DNA of 63,776 nucleotides, the filler included, from Nemertoderma westbladi (taxonomy: Eukaryota > Animalia > Xenacoelomorpha): the NCBI GenBank assembly GCA_032718475.1. It is 3 parts of 3 records of this genome, joined end to end, with 100 filler letters (N's around TTAATTAATTAA, not from the genome) between each part and the next. Parts side by side here need not be neighbours in the genome. Positions count along the whole stretch, not along the records: positions 21,682 to 44,450 come from JAUCBJ010004351.1; 2 more parts are not named here. The stretch is one strand, 5' to 3'. This document shows, piece by piece, positions 26,170-39,774 of this stretch; position 1 is the first letter of the stretch; each line of letters opens with the position of its first letter. The translations under genes and the position numbers were made by a program. The notes below the pieces were generated by a model that searched no databases, was not told the origin of the DNA, and saw only the letters and a list, made by a program, of their open reading frames with translations.

Positions 26170-26905
26170 GCCCATCAGAGTTACTAGATTCCACTGTTCC
26201 CAGGATAGATGCGGGATCACCCATTAAGATCGCTATCAACAGACTTTTGCAACAGGAATCGATGGGATCGTGGCTCCATGGTGGCATTGTGGAGTCATCT
26301 TCCTAGGTCTTTCAGGAAGGTTGCAGTGGCTTGTCCGTGTCGGCCAAAGGTCTCAAAGGCAGCAAGAGTAAATTGATAACCGCAGTCTATAAGATCCTGG
26401 TACATTCGTGTTTTATTATCTCCTGTTCTTGGGCAATGTGTCCTCCCTCGTTCTGGCTGGTGGATAAGTGGCTTGGTGCAAGGTGGTCCACTACAGTGGC
26501 ATCCCAGGTCAAAGTCTTTTCGCTCTCACAAGGCACCAGAGTCATCCCATTTACCCATTTACCTTCTGTTCTAGAGAGGCTGGGTGGTTCTAGAATAGAG
26601 GGGATTTTACAGCTGGCCAACCCACGCTTCACGATCTCATTCAACATTGAATGGTGGGGGCGAATCGGCCAGCACTCTTCTGACAATAAAGGCCATGCAG
26701 TCCATCCGCATGGACTGGGCTACCACAGCTGGTGCAGGAGTGGGGCTCGGTTAATTTGCAGCCGAGGCGGGTAGCGATTGATATGCAGAGCTGAGAGTTC
26801 GAAAGTTTGAGACCTAGGGAACTGCAGGGAATCACGTCTAGCCAACACCCCGCTGTGCGATCTTCTATTGAGTTCAGCCGAGCAATGTCAAGACGAGAGG
26901 AAGGG
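26170..26905 (-). mobile_element. 3' fragment of a CRE/NeSL-like non-LTR element (zinc knuckle + restriction-like endonuclease)
   Basis: CTSCG...GLHGLYC, RPHHSMLNEIVKRGL, ILEPPSL, GMTLVP, LTWDATVVDHLA. Confidence 0.8.
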
Positions 26906-26982
26906 TGGCCAGATTATTTTGGACAAATGATGTACATATTGTTTAAACATAAGCAAATTTTATTTTCCAGATAAATCATATT

Positions 26983-27600
26983 GTGAAATCAAATCCTCAC
27001 ATTGAAACCACATCTTTTTGTGGTCATTATTGCATGCATTGTTATATTGATGTTTTCCCTTTTACAACTATTTCATCTGACGACGATTATATATTTGAAT
27101 CCTCTGCAATTACTTCTGACTTTAACAGCGATATTACCAATTCAAGATATACAAGATATACTCCAGATATACATATCTTAAACACCGCCAGGTATAGCGA
27201 ATACTATACTGACAATGGGTTCAATGATGAAATTCAGTTGATCAATTCTAAGCCTAACTTTTCTATTTTCCACCTCAACTGTAGGAGTTCAAACCGAAAC
27301 CTATCACCAACTACCGATATTCTAAGTACTTTAGAACATGATTTCTATGTACTAACCTTTTCAGAAACTCTCATAGGTGATAATGAAGACTTAAGTAAAC
27401 TACAAATAGAAGGATATACCACTATACCAGTCCCTTCCTCTCAGCCCAACCGAACTGATGAAAGACTGGTACTAGGTGGGGTACCAGCTTAGGCTAGTAC
27501 ATCAAAAACAATATAAATATTCTAGAAAAACCTGAATTAAAAGTCGACAGAATTGAAAACAAGTGGATTCAATTTAAAACAAACAGCAATAAAATTATCT
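26983..27600 (+). pseudogene. LINE ORF2 N-terminus (APE endonuclease, L2/CR1 group) fragment
   Basis: CMHCYIDVFPF, FSIFHLNCRS, VLTFSETL; truncated by the RTE insertion. Confidence 0.75.
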
Positions 27601-27601
27601 T

Positions 27602-28885
27602 AGTACTACTACTACTAGGTCGAGCGAACTCGGACAGTGGAAATGAGATCCTTCCAGGCTTCCCGATTCTCCATAGTTGTCGCAATTTCGTTTCTCCCAA
27701 GTTCAGTATCCTTTTCAAGTTGATCTATATATGTTATGGCCGGTCGTCCACGACTACGCTTTGCATGAGTTGGTTGCCAGAAAAGTAGATCTGGAATCAC
27801 CTCGTCTTTACTTCGCCAGCAGTCTCACCCCCATACAAAAATACACTTTCCACTGTGGCTCGAAAGAACTTAGTCTTCGGGTGCCTGGAGAGATCTGATT
27901 TCCAGATGGTATCCATTTTTGATAGAGCTACCCAAGCCTTGCTTTCCTAACTTCTATGTCCTTTTTGCTACTCTTTATCCATGATCCTAGGTACTGGAAG
28001 TCATCAACCTTCCTTAGTTGAATATTATCAATGGTTGTCAAGTTTCCATCAACATTAATAGTCATGAATTCGATCTTGGTAGCATTTATATGCAATCCAA
28101 CCTCTTTAGCAGCCCTCTCCACTTTATTTAGTAGAAGCTGCGCATCTGCTAGCGTATTAGAGAGCAGGGCGATGTCATCCGCAAAGTCGGTTTCTGTGAC
28201 TGTTGTTGCCGGATATCTACTACTTATGAGTTCTTGAAGTGTGAATCCCAGATCTTCACCCTTTGTGGCCATCCTCATTGCCTAATCCAGTACAATTACA
28301 AATAGTAATGGTGCTAAGTGTCACCTTGCAGTACGCCAGCCAGGATTGAGAAAAACTCAGTTTAACCATCTGGTGAGAGTACCTACCTGTGCTTCTGTGT
28401 CACAATATAACAATCCAATGCCAGCAACGATTACTTCTGGTATTCCATAAGCTCTTAGGATTTCAAGCATTTTACCTCTATGGATGGAGTCGATTGCCTT
28501 CTTGAAGTTCACAAAAGTCATGACTGCGGGGAGATTCTTTGACTTAATTCCTTCAATCAGTCTCCGTAGTACAAGTATCTGAGCTATTGTTGATCTACTT
28601 GGTCGAAATCCGTTTTGGCTCTTACGCAGTAGTTTCTCTATGTGAGGCCTAATCCTATATAGAACCATTTTATTGTATATTTTGGCAGCTACCACAAGCA
28701 GACAGATCCTACGATAGTTTGTTGGTATGCTGAGGTCTCCTTTCTTGGGAAAGGCTTTAGTTGACCTTTAGTCCAAATTGGTGGTGGCTTTTTCCCTTTT
28801 AACATCGGGTTGCAAACATTCAATAATGGTCTGTTTAGCACTCCTGTTTTCCATACCTCTGCTGGGATTTCATCTAATCCACTCG
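27602..28885 (-). mobile_element. RTE family A, second copy (5'-truncated, internal deletion, frameshifts)
   Basis: Near-identical to 5616-7065 including the (TAG)n tail; the segment corresponding to ~5835-6003 is missing. Confidence 0.92.
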
Positions 28886-28916
28886 GATGTTGGTCCACTC
28901 ACATCCACTCACATCC

Positions 28917-29741
28917 TTTTTCGGATGTGGGTGCAAAATGTGGTGCTAGCACCAAATTTTGAAAACCATCAAATATATCAATTGATTGTGTCACCTTGTT
29001 TCTTGCGTTATACGGGTTTGTGATGGTTCTGAATTCAATGGAATCAGTAAAAATTTCATAAGAGTTCTCAAACTTGTATTTTTCGCCGGTGGGTGAAAAT
29101 TGTTGTGCCAGCACCAAATTTTGGAAAATATGCAAATTGATAAGTAGATAGTATCACCTTGTTTCTTGCGTTTATACGGGTTTATGAGGGTCCTGAATCC
29201 GATGGAATCAATAAAAACAGCACTGGACATCGCAAACTTGTACTTTTTGGTGATGGGTACGAAATTTGGTGCTAGCACCAAAATTTGCCAAATTACGCCG
29301 AAAAATACAAGTAGCAATGATCTGGCACATTAGAAATGAATTCCATTAGAATCAGCGCCCTCGAAAACCTGAAAATGTGAATTTATAGCATCGTATAAGT
29401 GAATTAAAAATTTTGTGTTCTAACTGAAAAGTGCTGGTTACTTGTTTTTTTCATTTTTTTTCCTACGCAGAGAGGACTAAACAGCCATTTATAGTAATCA
29501 TATCATTTTTTAATATTTTCCAATGTATTTTGCACCCCAGAAAACCTGTATTGAAAAATAATTAGCCGAAAATGTAACTTTCAAATTTGGTGAAAATTGT
29601 GCACTACTTGTAATTTTGGTGCTGCAATATAACCACCCCAGTACATTTTTTCGAAAATTGTTTTTTTCGGTCGGATCCAGACAAGTGATACCTACGTACA
29701 AACAAAAAATCAGACGTTTTCGTAAATATTTGTAGATTTTA

Positions 29742-29777
<36 letters not shown>

Positions 29778-29835
29778 CAATATGACCCCCCCCCCCGGTA
29801 TTTGTACAACATTTTATAGCCCGGTACTAATAGGG
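28917..29835. mobile_element. Partial copy of the piggyBac-like MITE
   Basis: Near-identical to ~9658-10557; ends TAATAGGG|TTAA. Confidence 0.88.
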
Positions 29836-29849
29836 TTAAATATGCAGAA

Positions 29850-31478
29850 ATGTACAAAGAACAATGTGATAATCAACTCACTCCCGCTGGTTGCTCACTA
29901 AGCAATCCCATTGGCAGTTACACTACAAATCACTTAGGATAGATTACAGGCCAACTCAATAAAGTAATATGTATGCACTGCACAACATTATAACAGTTAC
30001 ACAAGGGTTGTCTACATTGGATCAGTGCCTGATATAATACTGTCATAAGCATTAAGAAGACGAAGTAGTCTTCTATAGGGGCAACTAAATGCAATAACTG
30101 ATCCAATGGGGGCCCCAAATATAATATATTGCACAGAAGTTCTGTTGTTCTAAATCATCCGTATGGCCATTTTTTGTTTGCAGAATACTAAGTAAATGGA
30201 ACTGTGTACAGTAACGGAAGAGTTTATCACAGTAATGGGTGAACAAGTCCTTGGAGAAATCATTTCTCAAGATAAGAAATCAAATGTATTACTCCATCTC
30301 CTTGGATTCTATACCTTATGCTGCACATATTGACCAATTGACCCTTGTATTGAGGTACATGGAGAAAAATGAAACCCAGTGAAACGCTTTTGTATCATTC
30401 ATGGCAATCAAAGGCCAAGATGCTCAAGATATGTTCAATGCCTTGATGGAATTTTTGAAGATACATGATCTAGACCTAGGAAACTGCCGTGGACAAAGCT
30501 ACTTTTTTTAACATTTTTTTGACTTCCTTGAAAAGCTGTTCGTCTTCTTCACAATTTCAACACATCTGTTTCAACTTTTGACTGAAGCTTTTAAACATGT
30601 GATGAAACCATTGACTCTCAAACGTGTCGCAACAACGCGTTGGTCCTGCAGAGCTGAAGCAACGAAGGCACTTAAACATGACTATCAGCAGATTAACGAT
30701 GTTCTGAAACAAATTGCTGATGACATTGAAGAAAAAGGCTGTGTATGCTGTGAAGCAGGAGGGCTCTTAAGACTAAGACAGATGAATCCGCTTGAAACAG
30801 GTATTTACACCACCTTCTGGAATGATGACAACTCACCACTTCTGAAAAATACAGAATGGAAAGTTTCTTACCTGTTATTGATCAGTTTATTGCTTCTCTC
30901 GAACAACGTATGCAAGCATATAAAGAGATATCAAGCCAATTCAGACAAGTTTCAGGCCGCAGCAGAGTAAATCATCAGCTCTTCTCCAGATGACTTGGAC
31001 ATTTACATTTTTTGATGAACTGTGTCAGTTTATAGCATTTGCCAATGTATTAACAGATGAGGAGCCAGAAGATATCAGCATTGAGCTTTTCCTTTAGAAA
31101 CTTATCTTGGAAAAGGGTGTGCGAGACACTTTCCCTAACATTGAAATAGCTCTAAGGATTTACCTTATTTTGATGGTATCAAATTGCAGTGGCGAGCGAT
31201 CCTTCTGAAAACTGAAATTAATTCTAAACCGATTACAAGCATCAGACGCAGGAACGACTTGTATTTCTGGTTATCATGAGCATGGAGTCAGATATACCTC
31301 GTGAATTGTCCTTCAGTGACATCAGCAGCAGAATTGCTGCACAGAAATAGAGAAAGCTTTCAGGCTGTAATGGTTATTTTTTATTTATATCTGTGTATAA
31401 ATTGTGGATTTTATATATGCTTAGCTTGCCCTGGCCCAAATCCCCACCCCTGATTTACAAATCCTGGTTTCGCCACTG
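29850..31478 (+). mobile_element. Degenerate hAT transposon (transposase pseudogene plus right end)
   Basis: LKRVATTRWSCRAEATKAL and the dimerisation-domain-like FPNIEIALRIYLILMVSNCSGERSF. Terminus TTTCGCCACTG (CAGTGGCG TIR) ends at 31478. Confidence 0.82.
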
Positions 31479-31625
31479 TATGTAATAGGGAATTGGAGAG
31501 GGGGTCCTCCCTTCCAATTGGGCTCCAGGCCACCCACTGGCTTAATGTGGCCCTGGTACTTTGTCGTGTTTTTTTTGTACCCTTTGGTAGACGTGGGTTT
31601 TGTACCCTTTCACATGGCTTTTGTT

Positions 31626-33040
31626 CTACTACTACTACTACTAGGATCGGCATGCTGCATTGCACCTGCATTTTTAAGAATGCTGTGCCGGCTTGTCAAC
31701 AAAATTACACCGCCACAACTCCCTATCACCCATGCCATTTGCTAGATCATCCGCATCTTCAAGGCCAGTGTCCTTTAAGATGCGTCTCAAGAAAGTCATG
31801 GGCTGTCCACCATGCTTATTCACTCCATGAGGCTGCCAAAGTACAAGATTATGCGCTGGCTGGTCCTCATGGCGAAAGCAATGTCCTGCAAAGCGGAGGC
31901 GATTTTGTTCTAGTGTCAACCTTGGGGGAACCAATGAGACACCTCCAATGTTATATAGTGTCTGGTTGGAGATGTGTGCATTGTACTTGACACAATGAAC
32001 CCGGCGTAGCATTCTTGTGAATGTGCCATCCAGAGATTTGGTGTCCTCAGCAGTTAGAGCCCAGCATGGACTCCCATAGAGGAGTACTGGAACTACTGCT
32101 GCTCTAAATAATCGGACCTTAAGTTTCCGATTAATTCTCGGTGACTTCCAAATCCTGGAAAGCCTATTCAAGGCTGCCCATGCCTTTCCCTTACGTATTC
32201 GAAGGTCCTCACCTGACTTCCGGATCTATGATCCCAGGTAACAGAAGTCGTTATGGGTGATAGGGAGTTGTGGCGGTGCAATTTTGTCGATAAGCCGGCA
32301 CAGCATTCTTAAAAATGCATCTGCAATGCAGCATGCCGATCCTAGTAGTAGTAGTAGTAGTAACAGAAGTCGTCCACATGCTCAAGCATACCATCCTTTG
32401 AGCTTATGCTCATCCGATCAGAGACTTACTGAGGACTTTCAAAGTTAACAAAGTTAACTTAATAAAAAGACCAACACTAGAAGCAGCATGTTCTAACTTG
32501 TTCCAGCATGTTCTACTTCTATAAAGTTATCAGGCAATACCCTGTCATTATTGAGGAGCTTTTCAAAGTGGGCTTTCCAACCATTGAGGCGATCGGCTGG
32601 AGATTCAGCCTTAACCTTGGTGGTTGGTTGGCTTTTCCGCCCAGTAAGCAAATTGATCGATTTCCATGCCTGGGATGATTGCCTGCTGTCGTCAGCATCA
32701 TTGATGGCATCAACCTGTTGGTTTATGAGCTCCTGTAGATTAACAGAGTACTGCCTGTTCAGGGACCTAGATGCAGCCTTAACTGCATTCTTGGCCGCTG
32801 TAGTCTGTTTGAGTCGGGACTCTTTCTGCGCCTTATGAAGGTCATTTCGGCACTTCTGAATTTTGTTGTCAATCCAGGGGGCCCTTTTCCTGTTTCGAGG
32901 GTATACAGGAACTGTTTCTGCAGCTGCGAACTTTACTGCTTCTGTAAAGGCAGTATAGCCCTCACAGTGATCTGCCGCCTCAGAGGCAAGAGCCTCATAC
33001 CTGTTGCTCAGCTGTAGTGTGAAGCTGGATCTCACACTTG
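31626..33040 (-). mobile_element. RTE-type LINE family B, rearranged copy containing a nested inverted 3' fragment (32252-32359)
   Basis: LFRAAVVPVLLYGSPCW, RLRFAGHCFR; tail GCATGCCGATCC(TAG)n. Nested copy flanked by TSD GTAACAGAAGTCGT. Confidence 0.88.
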
Positions 33041-33952
33041 GCTTTTGTTCTTTCGTTCCTTTTGTACACTTTTTCAATTTTTGTACTCTATGACCTGTTG
33101 TAGTCTTTGACTCGATGTACCCATTGACTCTACTCATTCATGGTTTGTATCTTCCAATCCCATCTGTTCCTTAGAGCATGTGTAAGATAGGTTCGTTTAA
33201 AACCATCTAGAAGGCGTTATAATACAGTACAGTAATAACAGTTTATTTTACCGAGTGGTGGAATATGTTATTTTACCCAATAAAATATTTATTTTTACTG
33301 ACCAAATATAGGTCAGACTTAATTCTTATTTCCAATTAATACAGACTACAATTCATTCGTTTAAATAAAGCATGTTTGATGCCAGTCATGGCATGTATTC
33401 ATTGCATTGTATTATATACATAATTTGTCAACAAAATCTATGAGTATCTTGTTAAATAAAGCAAGTCAGCCAGCATTTACTGCGGTAATTAATCATAGCA
33501 ATGTTATATTTTCATGACCTCAAGATATCAATTACATTTCCGTTTGTTATCATAATATTTAGTTTTTAGTAGACTCTAACAATCAATAATTATGTAGAAA
33601 TATCTGTGGAAAACAACAATAATTTCATGATCATACAAGGAAATACACAAGGTCAATACATCAGCTTAGATGTCAAGTTTGACATGCGGATGTAAGTTGC
33701 GGAAGCATTTGTTAAATTAACGAACGTCATCAATGTAAATTCACATAGGTTATTATACAAAGCATTGTGGGATTAATAAAATGCCAATTATGTATACTGT
33801 AACTTAATGTAACTTGTTGCTAAAAATATTCTAATCTTCTACTTTGGGATGGGATAGTACTTAAGTCATATCCGAACCTATCGGAACCCAATCTCGAGAA
33901 TTATACCAAATCTGAACCCAATCTGAATCGAAAATATAATGAGGGGTGAAAA

Positions 33953-34889
33953 CTAGTGACGGCGTCAAGACGCCGTTAAGCAAGTCGGAAGTCGTCAATC
34001 AAAGGTAAGTTCCCTCAACAATGTTTACCTTTGTTCAGAAGGGAAGTGTTATTTATCTATGGTCAGAGAGAGATCCCACTCTGTAATTTGGCAATTGCTC
34101 AAATCCATTCAGCTGAATGACTCAGTAGAGTAAACTAAAGTAAATTCCCTCAGCCTCAACAATGTTTGCCTATGGTGTGAAGGGAATCTGACAGAGAATA
34201 ATCTTAGCCACTAAATGTCATTCACCTAACAAAACATTTTGAATGCCACAATGATTAACCCAATACAGATAATAAGCAGTTATTTTTATATTTCAAACTA
34301 TAATGTTAGTGTAAGCCTTACAGAGTATCAGTATGAGGCTGAGTAAACATTCCGCCTTATAAGCATACAGCCTCCACAGTATTAATGTTGGCCAAAAGAT
34401 TTAAAAATAAAATACAGTGCAATAGTACTCTGTAACCTACAGTCATTCAGCTTGCACTAAATCAACCAGACAAACTAAATCAACCAGTTAATATTTGCTT
34501 TGACAGAGAGTGCAGGGCCTAAACAAACAGTATGGGTGTACTAAGTACAATAATCTTGGCAACCTCATCGATTTATACTAAGCTTTGTGTAGAAATGCAT
34601 TACATAAGCCAGTTTTCATCAGGACACCAGCTGTCATGGGTGTTATTTTACCATTGCGCCAATGGCGTTTTTTTCGTTTATCTCTATTTTTCGAGCCCAG
34701 AGGCTATGGACGGAGTAGCCGATCATGCCAGGGACCTTAGAATCGCGGTATCTAGATGCTGTGAAAATTTCATCAAAATCGTTAGAGTAGTTTTGGCTGT
34801 AGATCAGCCAGCCAGTCAGTCAGCCAGCCAGTCAGTCAGCCAGCCAGTCAGTCAACAATTCTTACAGTAATCAAGTCTAACGACTTGCT
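33953..34889. mobile_element. Helitron/HINE-like non-autonomous element (tentative)
   Basis: Minus strand hairpin ACGGCGTC-TT-GACGCCGT followed by CA-CTAG|T; short IR AGCAAGTCG/CGACTTGCT; (CAGY)n microsatellite at ~34805-34854. Confidence 0.45.
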
Positions 34890-34926
34890 AATTATTAATT
34901 TTTGCATTTACAATTGTGAAATTTGA

Positions 34927-35517
34927 AGAAATTTTACATATGTTTTTTCATATTTAAATTTGCAGTAGGCCCAGTAACTGCAGTCCCCAATACAGCAGGG
35001 ACTGCAGTTACTAGGCCTACTGTATTGTACTGCTGTGCAGTCGTTAAACGTTATAGGAGTTAACCTCTACTGGTAGGCGGTATCCCAACTGACAACTACA
35101 GAATGTAGTTCTGTAGTTGTCAGTTGGGATACCACCTACCGTACGGTTCTCGTAGCAGTTTGGTTTCGGTCTAACGTTGGGTAGGCCTATGGTAGGTTAC
35201 TACAGTAGTGCCTGGTACCGTATGTATGTATGTAGAAACAGCTGGACAGATGTAGCGTAGGGACCGTTACCAGGCACTAGTAACCTACCGTAGGCCTACC
35301 CAACGTTAGACCAAAACCAAACTGCTATGAGAACCGCACAGCTGTAGTTCTGTAGTTGTCAGTTGGGATACCGCCTACCGGTAGAGGTTAGCTCCTATAA
35401 CGTTAACGACTGCACAGCAGTACAATACAGTATGCCTAGTAACTGCAGTCCCCAATAAAGCAGTAGTAGTGCTGCGGCTTCCTGCAAATTTAAATATGAA
35501 AAAGATATGTAAAATTC
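34927..35517. repeat. ~590-bp imperfect palindrome with nested hairpins
   Basis: Arms 34927-35220 and 35265-35517 are reverse complements. Nested near-perfect hairpin at ~35071-35139. Confidence 0.88.
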
Positions 35518-35524
35518 CATAGGG

Positions 35525-35820
35525 TGGGGCGGATGCAGTGGGGGTTCTGCTTCACACTTGGGGCGGATGCCGTGGGGGTTCTTCTTCACATTTGGGGCGG
35601 ATGCCATGGGGGTTCTGCTTCACACTTGGTGCGGATGCCGTGGGGGGTTCTGATTCACACTTGAGGCGGATGCCGTGGGGGTTCTGCTTCACACTTGGGG
35701 CGGATGCCGTGGGCGGTTCTGCTTCACACTTGGTGCGGATGCCGTGGGGGTTCTGTCTCACACTTGGGGCGGATGCCGTGGGGGGTTCCGATTCACAATT
35801 GTGGCAGATGCCGTGGGGGG
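35525..35820. repeat. GC-rich 31/32-bp minisatellite
   Basis: CACACTTGGGGCGGATGCCGTGGGGGTTCTGCTT, about 9 copies. Confidence 0.92.
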
Positions 35821-36715
35821 TACTGCTTTGACAGGCTGGAAACACCTTTCGTATTTTCAGTCTAAATCCAATTTTTATAAATCCAATTTAGATAACCAAC
35901 TTAGAAAGTTAACCAATTTAGACAACTAAGACAATTTAGCCAAATTTAGTATAAAAGAGGTTGCGATATTAGGCGTAATTATTCAAATTAGAACGCAATG
36001 AAGCGCGCGTTTAATATTATTTAAATTTGGACTGGAATGCTTAGGTATTTGCGGACCATTAGCACAGTATCTAGGTAAGGTTGGGTTTAATAAACGCTTC
36101 GTGTGCACCAGCTTAGCCGACGCAAAATAAATGAGTAGTACTCATTGCATTAGTTTTACCAGATTAGGTTTCATTGGGGTTTATCTTCTCTCGTTTATTT
36201 TATAAGTTTTTATAGGTTTTATAGGTTTTATAAGTTAAGTGATTGAAAGGAAACCTGTCAGTACTATTTTTTACGGATTCTTTTATTTTTGATTAGTTGA
36301 TTGCAGGGAGGTCAGATAACATATGAAACTGAAAACCTAGGTATTCCTTTACTATCAACAGCTGTTTGACACATGATTTGCACATTCGGTATTCAAACTT
36401 AATTTAGACATTTCGGATAAATTATTATAAAATAAAATGAACCCGCGCACACACTCTGAACTACAGATTTTCTGTCGGTTAGTAAGGCTTCATTTATTGA
36501 GTAACAAAATTGATTCCATCCCAAGTGGAGACCGTAGCCCTGGTGAGGTTACATATTTGCTGTGGTTAGCACCAGCTGTCCTGTACACCCGAGAATAGGA
36601 AGTTTATTGATTCTTCCGCTGTTCGTGGGGGTTTAGCAGTGGTTGGCGGATCTTAGTGGGAAGACTACTGTTTGACCGGTAGTTGAGACCGCATTTAGAA
36701 CGGCTTGACTTATTA

Positions 36716-36918
36716 TTAGACCTTCGAAGCCCTGGATAGACCTTCGAAGCCCTGGATAGACCTTCGAAGCCCTGGATAGACCTTCGAAGCCCTGGATAGA
36801 CCTTCGAAGCCCTGGATAGACCTTCGAAGCCCTGGATAGACCTTTGAAGCCCTGGATAGACCTTCGGAGCCCTGGATAGACCTTCGGAGCCCTGGATAGA
36901 CCTTCGAAGCCCCGGATA
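36716..36918. repeat. 20-bp minisatellite
   Basis: CCTTCGAAGCCCTGGATAGA, about 10 copies. Confidence 0.95.
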
Positions 36919-39119
36919 GGATATCAGTGCACCCAGCGAAGAATTTCTAGACTCTCGAGATCCGAAGTGAGAACATTTGTGGATTCGGTTCTTATCTTTA
37001 CACTGCAGAATTCGGAAATATGCGAGACCGCTAATATACAAGTCGTTTTAGCAGTGATTAACTGCAATCAAAAGGTAACACATTTGTGCCCAAAGCATTG
37101 TTGCCAGCGAAAAGATCGTATAATATGCATAATTTTGCATAATTTACCATATATTAAATTTTGTCGAATGTGTGGTTAATATATATATATACTGTATATA
37201 TATATGAAAATCAGGTTAAAGCCAGAAAAAAAAACTAATTATATTTTCGAATGTAATTCAAAGATCGCTAGGCATTCAAACACATATAAATTATAAAAGT
37301 GTCACATACATTTAATATACTGTGAATTTCTAAACACTTAATAGATGTATAATGTGTACTAAATTTGGTTGAATTTCATCAAGGATTGGTTGACTTTATT
37401 AGGATTCTAACATTCCCAAGAACTCTGACAATGCAGACGACAGACGGTCCATAATTCTACCGCTACGCAAAGGTTTACAGACATCGTGGCCTTTCACAGA
37501 CAGCCGAGGGGGGGGGGGGGGGGGGGGGGGACTTTCGATACAATCAAAATTAATTCCTCTCCAGGGGAAAATCGACGGAAACAACAACTGTTAGCTCTAA
37601 AAAATGAAACTATCAATTAATGCGATCAATTATCAATTTCACAAGGGATCATTTTGTCACTTGCAAATTCGCCATTATGTGCATTAGAAAGTTTTAGTTG
37701 TTAGAATTCCAAATATTTAAGTAAAAAAAAAGAAAAAAGGTCTGAGTTTCGTTGAGAAAAGTATTATTGTTAGGGGCCTATACCTAATAGGAGGTATTTC
37801 ATATGTATATTCAAGGAAAATATTATTATTATTATATTTAATAAATTAACAACATTCTCGAATTATTTATCTCATAAACATTTAGGACACCATTTTTATA
37901 GATTATCATAGGACTTATTTATTATTTTTAATAGGTTAGTCAATTTCTTCTTTTATTGTCAGAAGGTTAAACTAAATTAGCTTCAATCCATGAATCACAG
38001 CATTACAACCAAGGTAAGGTGGAAGTTCATTAAGGTTATATGATGACTTTCTTGGAATAAGTGTTTGTCTGATGGGGGAAAGCGATCGTTCTGCTAAGTT
38101 ATATTACTTTAACTTCGGAACAAACAGAAACCACTCAGTTCTCAGCAGGGCACCCCCAGTCCATCAAGAGTGCACCCTGTGTGAGGGAGGGGCTTGTGGG
38201 GCGAGGCGAGTCATAACTGTGATCTATCAGAGGACGATAAATATTATACTAGGGCCGTTTCAACTTGTTTCTCTGTTTATGTTTGTGGTTGAGAAGCACG
38301 GCCTTCGTCAGAATCCATGATATGTGTCGGATGTGAATAATTATGGCTTCTGACTTAGGGATCCACATACGGCTTTTTAGAGGGGTTCCTGGTATGATTG
38401 TACCTATTCTGGTTTCAGTTCTAATGCATGGATACCCCGGATATGTCTGTAGTGTATCACATTGGTTAGCACGGGATAAGGTCATTAATGAATTCAATGA
38501 GGGCAAATTCCACTTCACAAGTTCAACTTTTCAATAAAATATTTAATTAATTCAGACGCCTTCGGGCCAAATTAGGAGTCAATGGCGCAAAATGACATCA
38601 AACACCAATTATGTGTTTAGTGGATTGGAAAAGTTAATTTATTTTAATGTAAAACATTAAGGAAAAGGAGCAGCTGCAGGTAGTGACGGTGTTTTCTGAC
38701 CAAAATAATAGATTATTTCATTTGCGGTCAATTTTCGCCACTATCTGCAAATTAGAGGTCTTTTCCACAATTCAAAATAATAGTAATTAAAGCTATCATT
38801 ACCAAAAAACAGCACTGTTTTCATACTGTTTTTCTATTGATTCCATAGTTACTAATTAACGATTACTTTATAACATTACACTACCATAACAACTGTTTCC
38901 TGAGTATTCATCACCTACTTTGTACTTCATCGTATATAAAATGTAACATTCACTGGCAGTGGAGGTGGCTGTGCTGCAAGTGAGACAGGCAGGCCTCATT
39001 GTATAGAACAAAATGTATAGAACAAATACGACGGATTAGTACGACAGTTGAATCGAAAATTTAACTATTTCTGAGGACGAGGTCAAAAACGGAATATCAT
39101 CGCATCCCTCGTCAATATA

Positions 39120-39774
39120 ACGCCCCCCCGCGGTTTTTTTTTGTTATAACTCTGAAACAAAAGCAGTTAGGAATCTGAAATTTTATGACTTTTTCTAAAA
39201 ATCTATTGCCTTCCTAATAGTGAAAACGCACAAAAAATATTACGCCGAAAAATACGAGTAGCAATGATCTGGCAAATTAGAAATGTATTCAATTAGAATC
39301 AGCGCCCCAGAAAACCTGAAAATGTGAATTTATCGCATTGTATAAGTGAATTAAAAATTTTCTGTTCAAACTGAAATGTGCTGGTTACTTTTTTTTTCAT
39401 TTTTTACCTACGTAGAAGAGTAAAACAGCATTTATAAAAATCAGATCATTTTTAAATATTTTCCAATGGAATTTGCGCCCCAGAAAACCTGTATTGAAAA
39501 ACAATTATCCTAAAATTGTAACTTTCAAATTTTATGATAATTGTTCACTATCTTAATTAATCGTTAATTTTGGTGCTGAAATATAACCACCCCAGTACAT
39601 TTTTTCGTCGAAATTTTTTTCGGTCCGCTTCGGACTAGTAAAATCTAAAATCTCCTTACAAACAAAAATCAGAAGTTTTTATTTAAAATTTGTAGATTTT
39701 AGAGCGGGGGGGGGGGGGGGGGGGGGGTTCCATATGACCCCCCCCCCCCGGACTTTGTACAACCTTTTATAGGG
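39120..39774. mobile_element. Internally deleted, older copy of the piggyBac-like MITE
   Basis: Joins a homologue of ~9025-9140 to a homologue of ~10033-10557; ends ATAGGG|TTAA. Confidence 0.8.

Noticed and set aside
29743-29776. Long poly-G runs (also ~8679, 37507, 39706, 43471, 59683, 60249) as functional G-quadruplexes
   Set aside because: Variable-length homopolymers, several inside MITEs; lengths are unreliable in assemblies.
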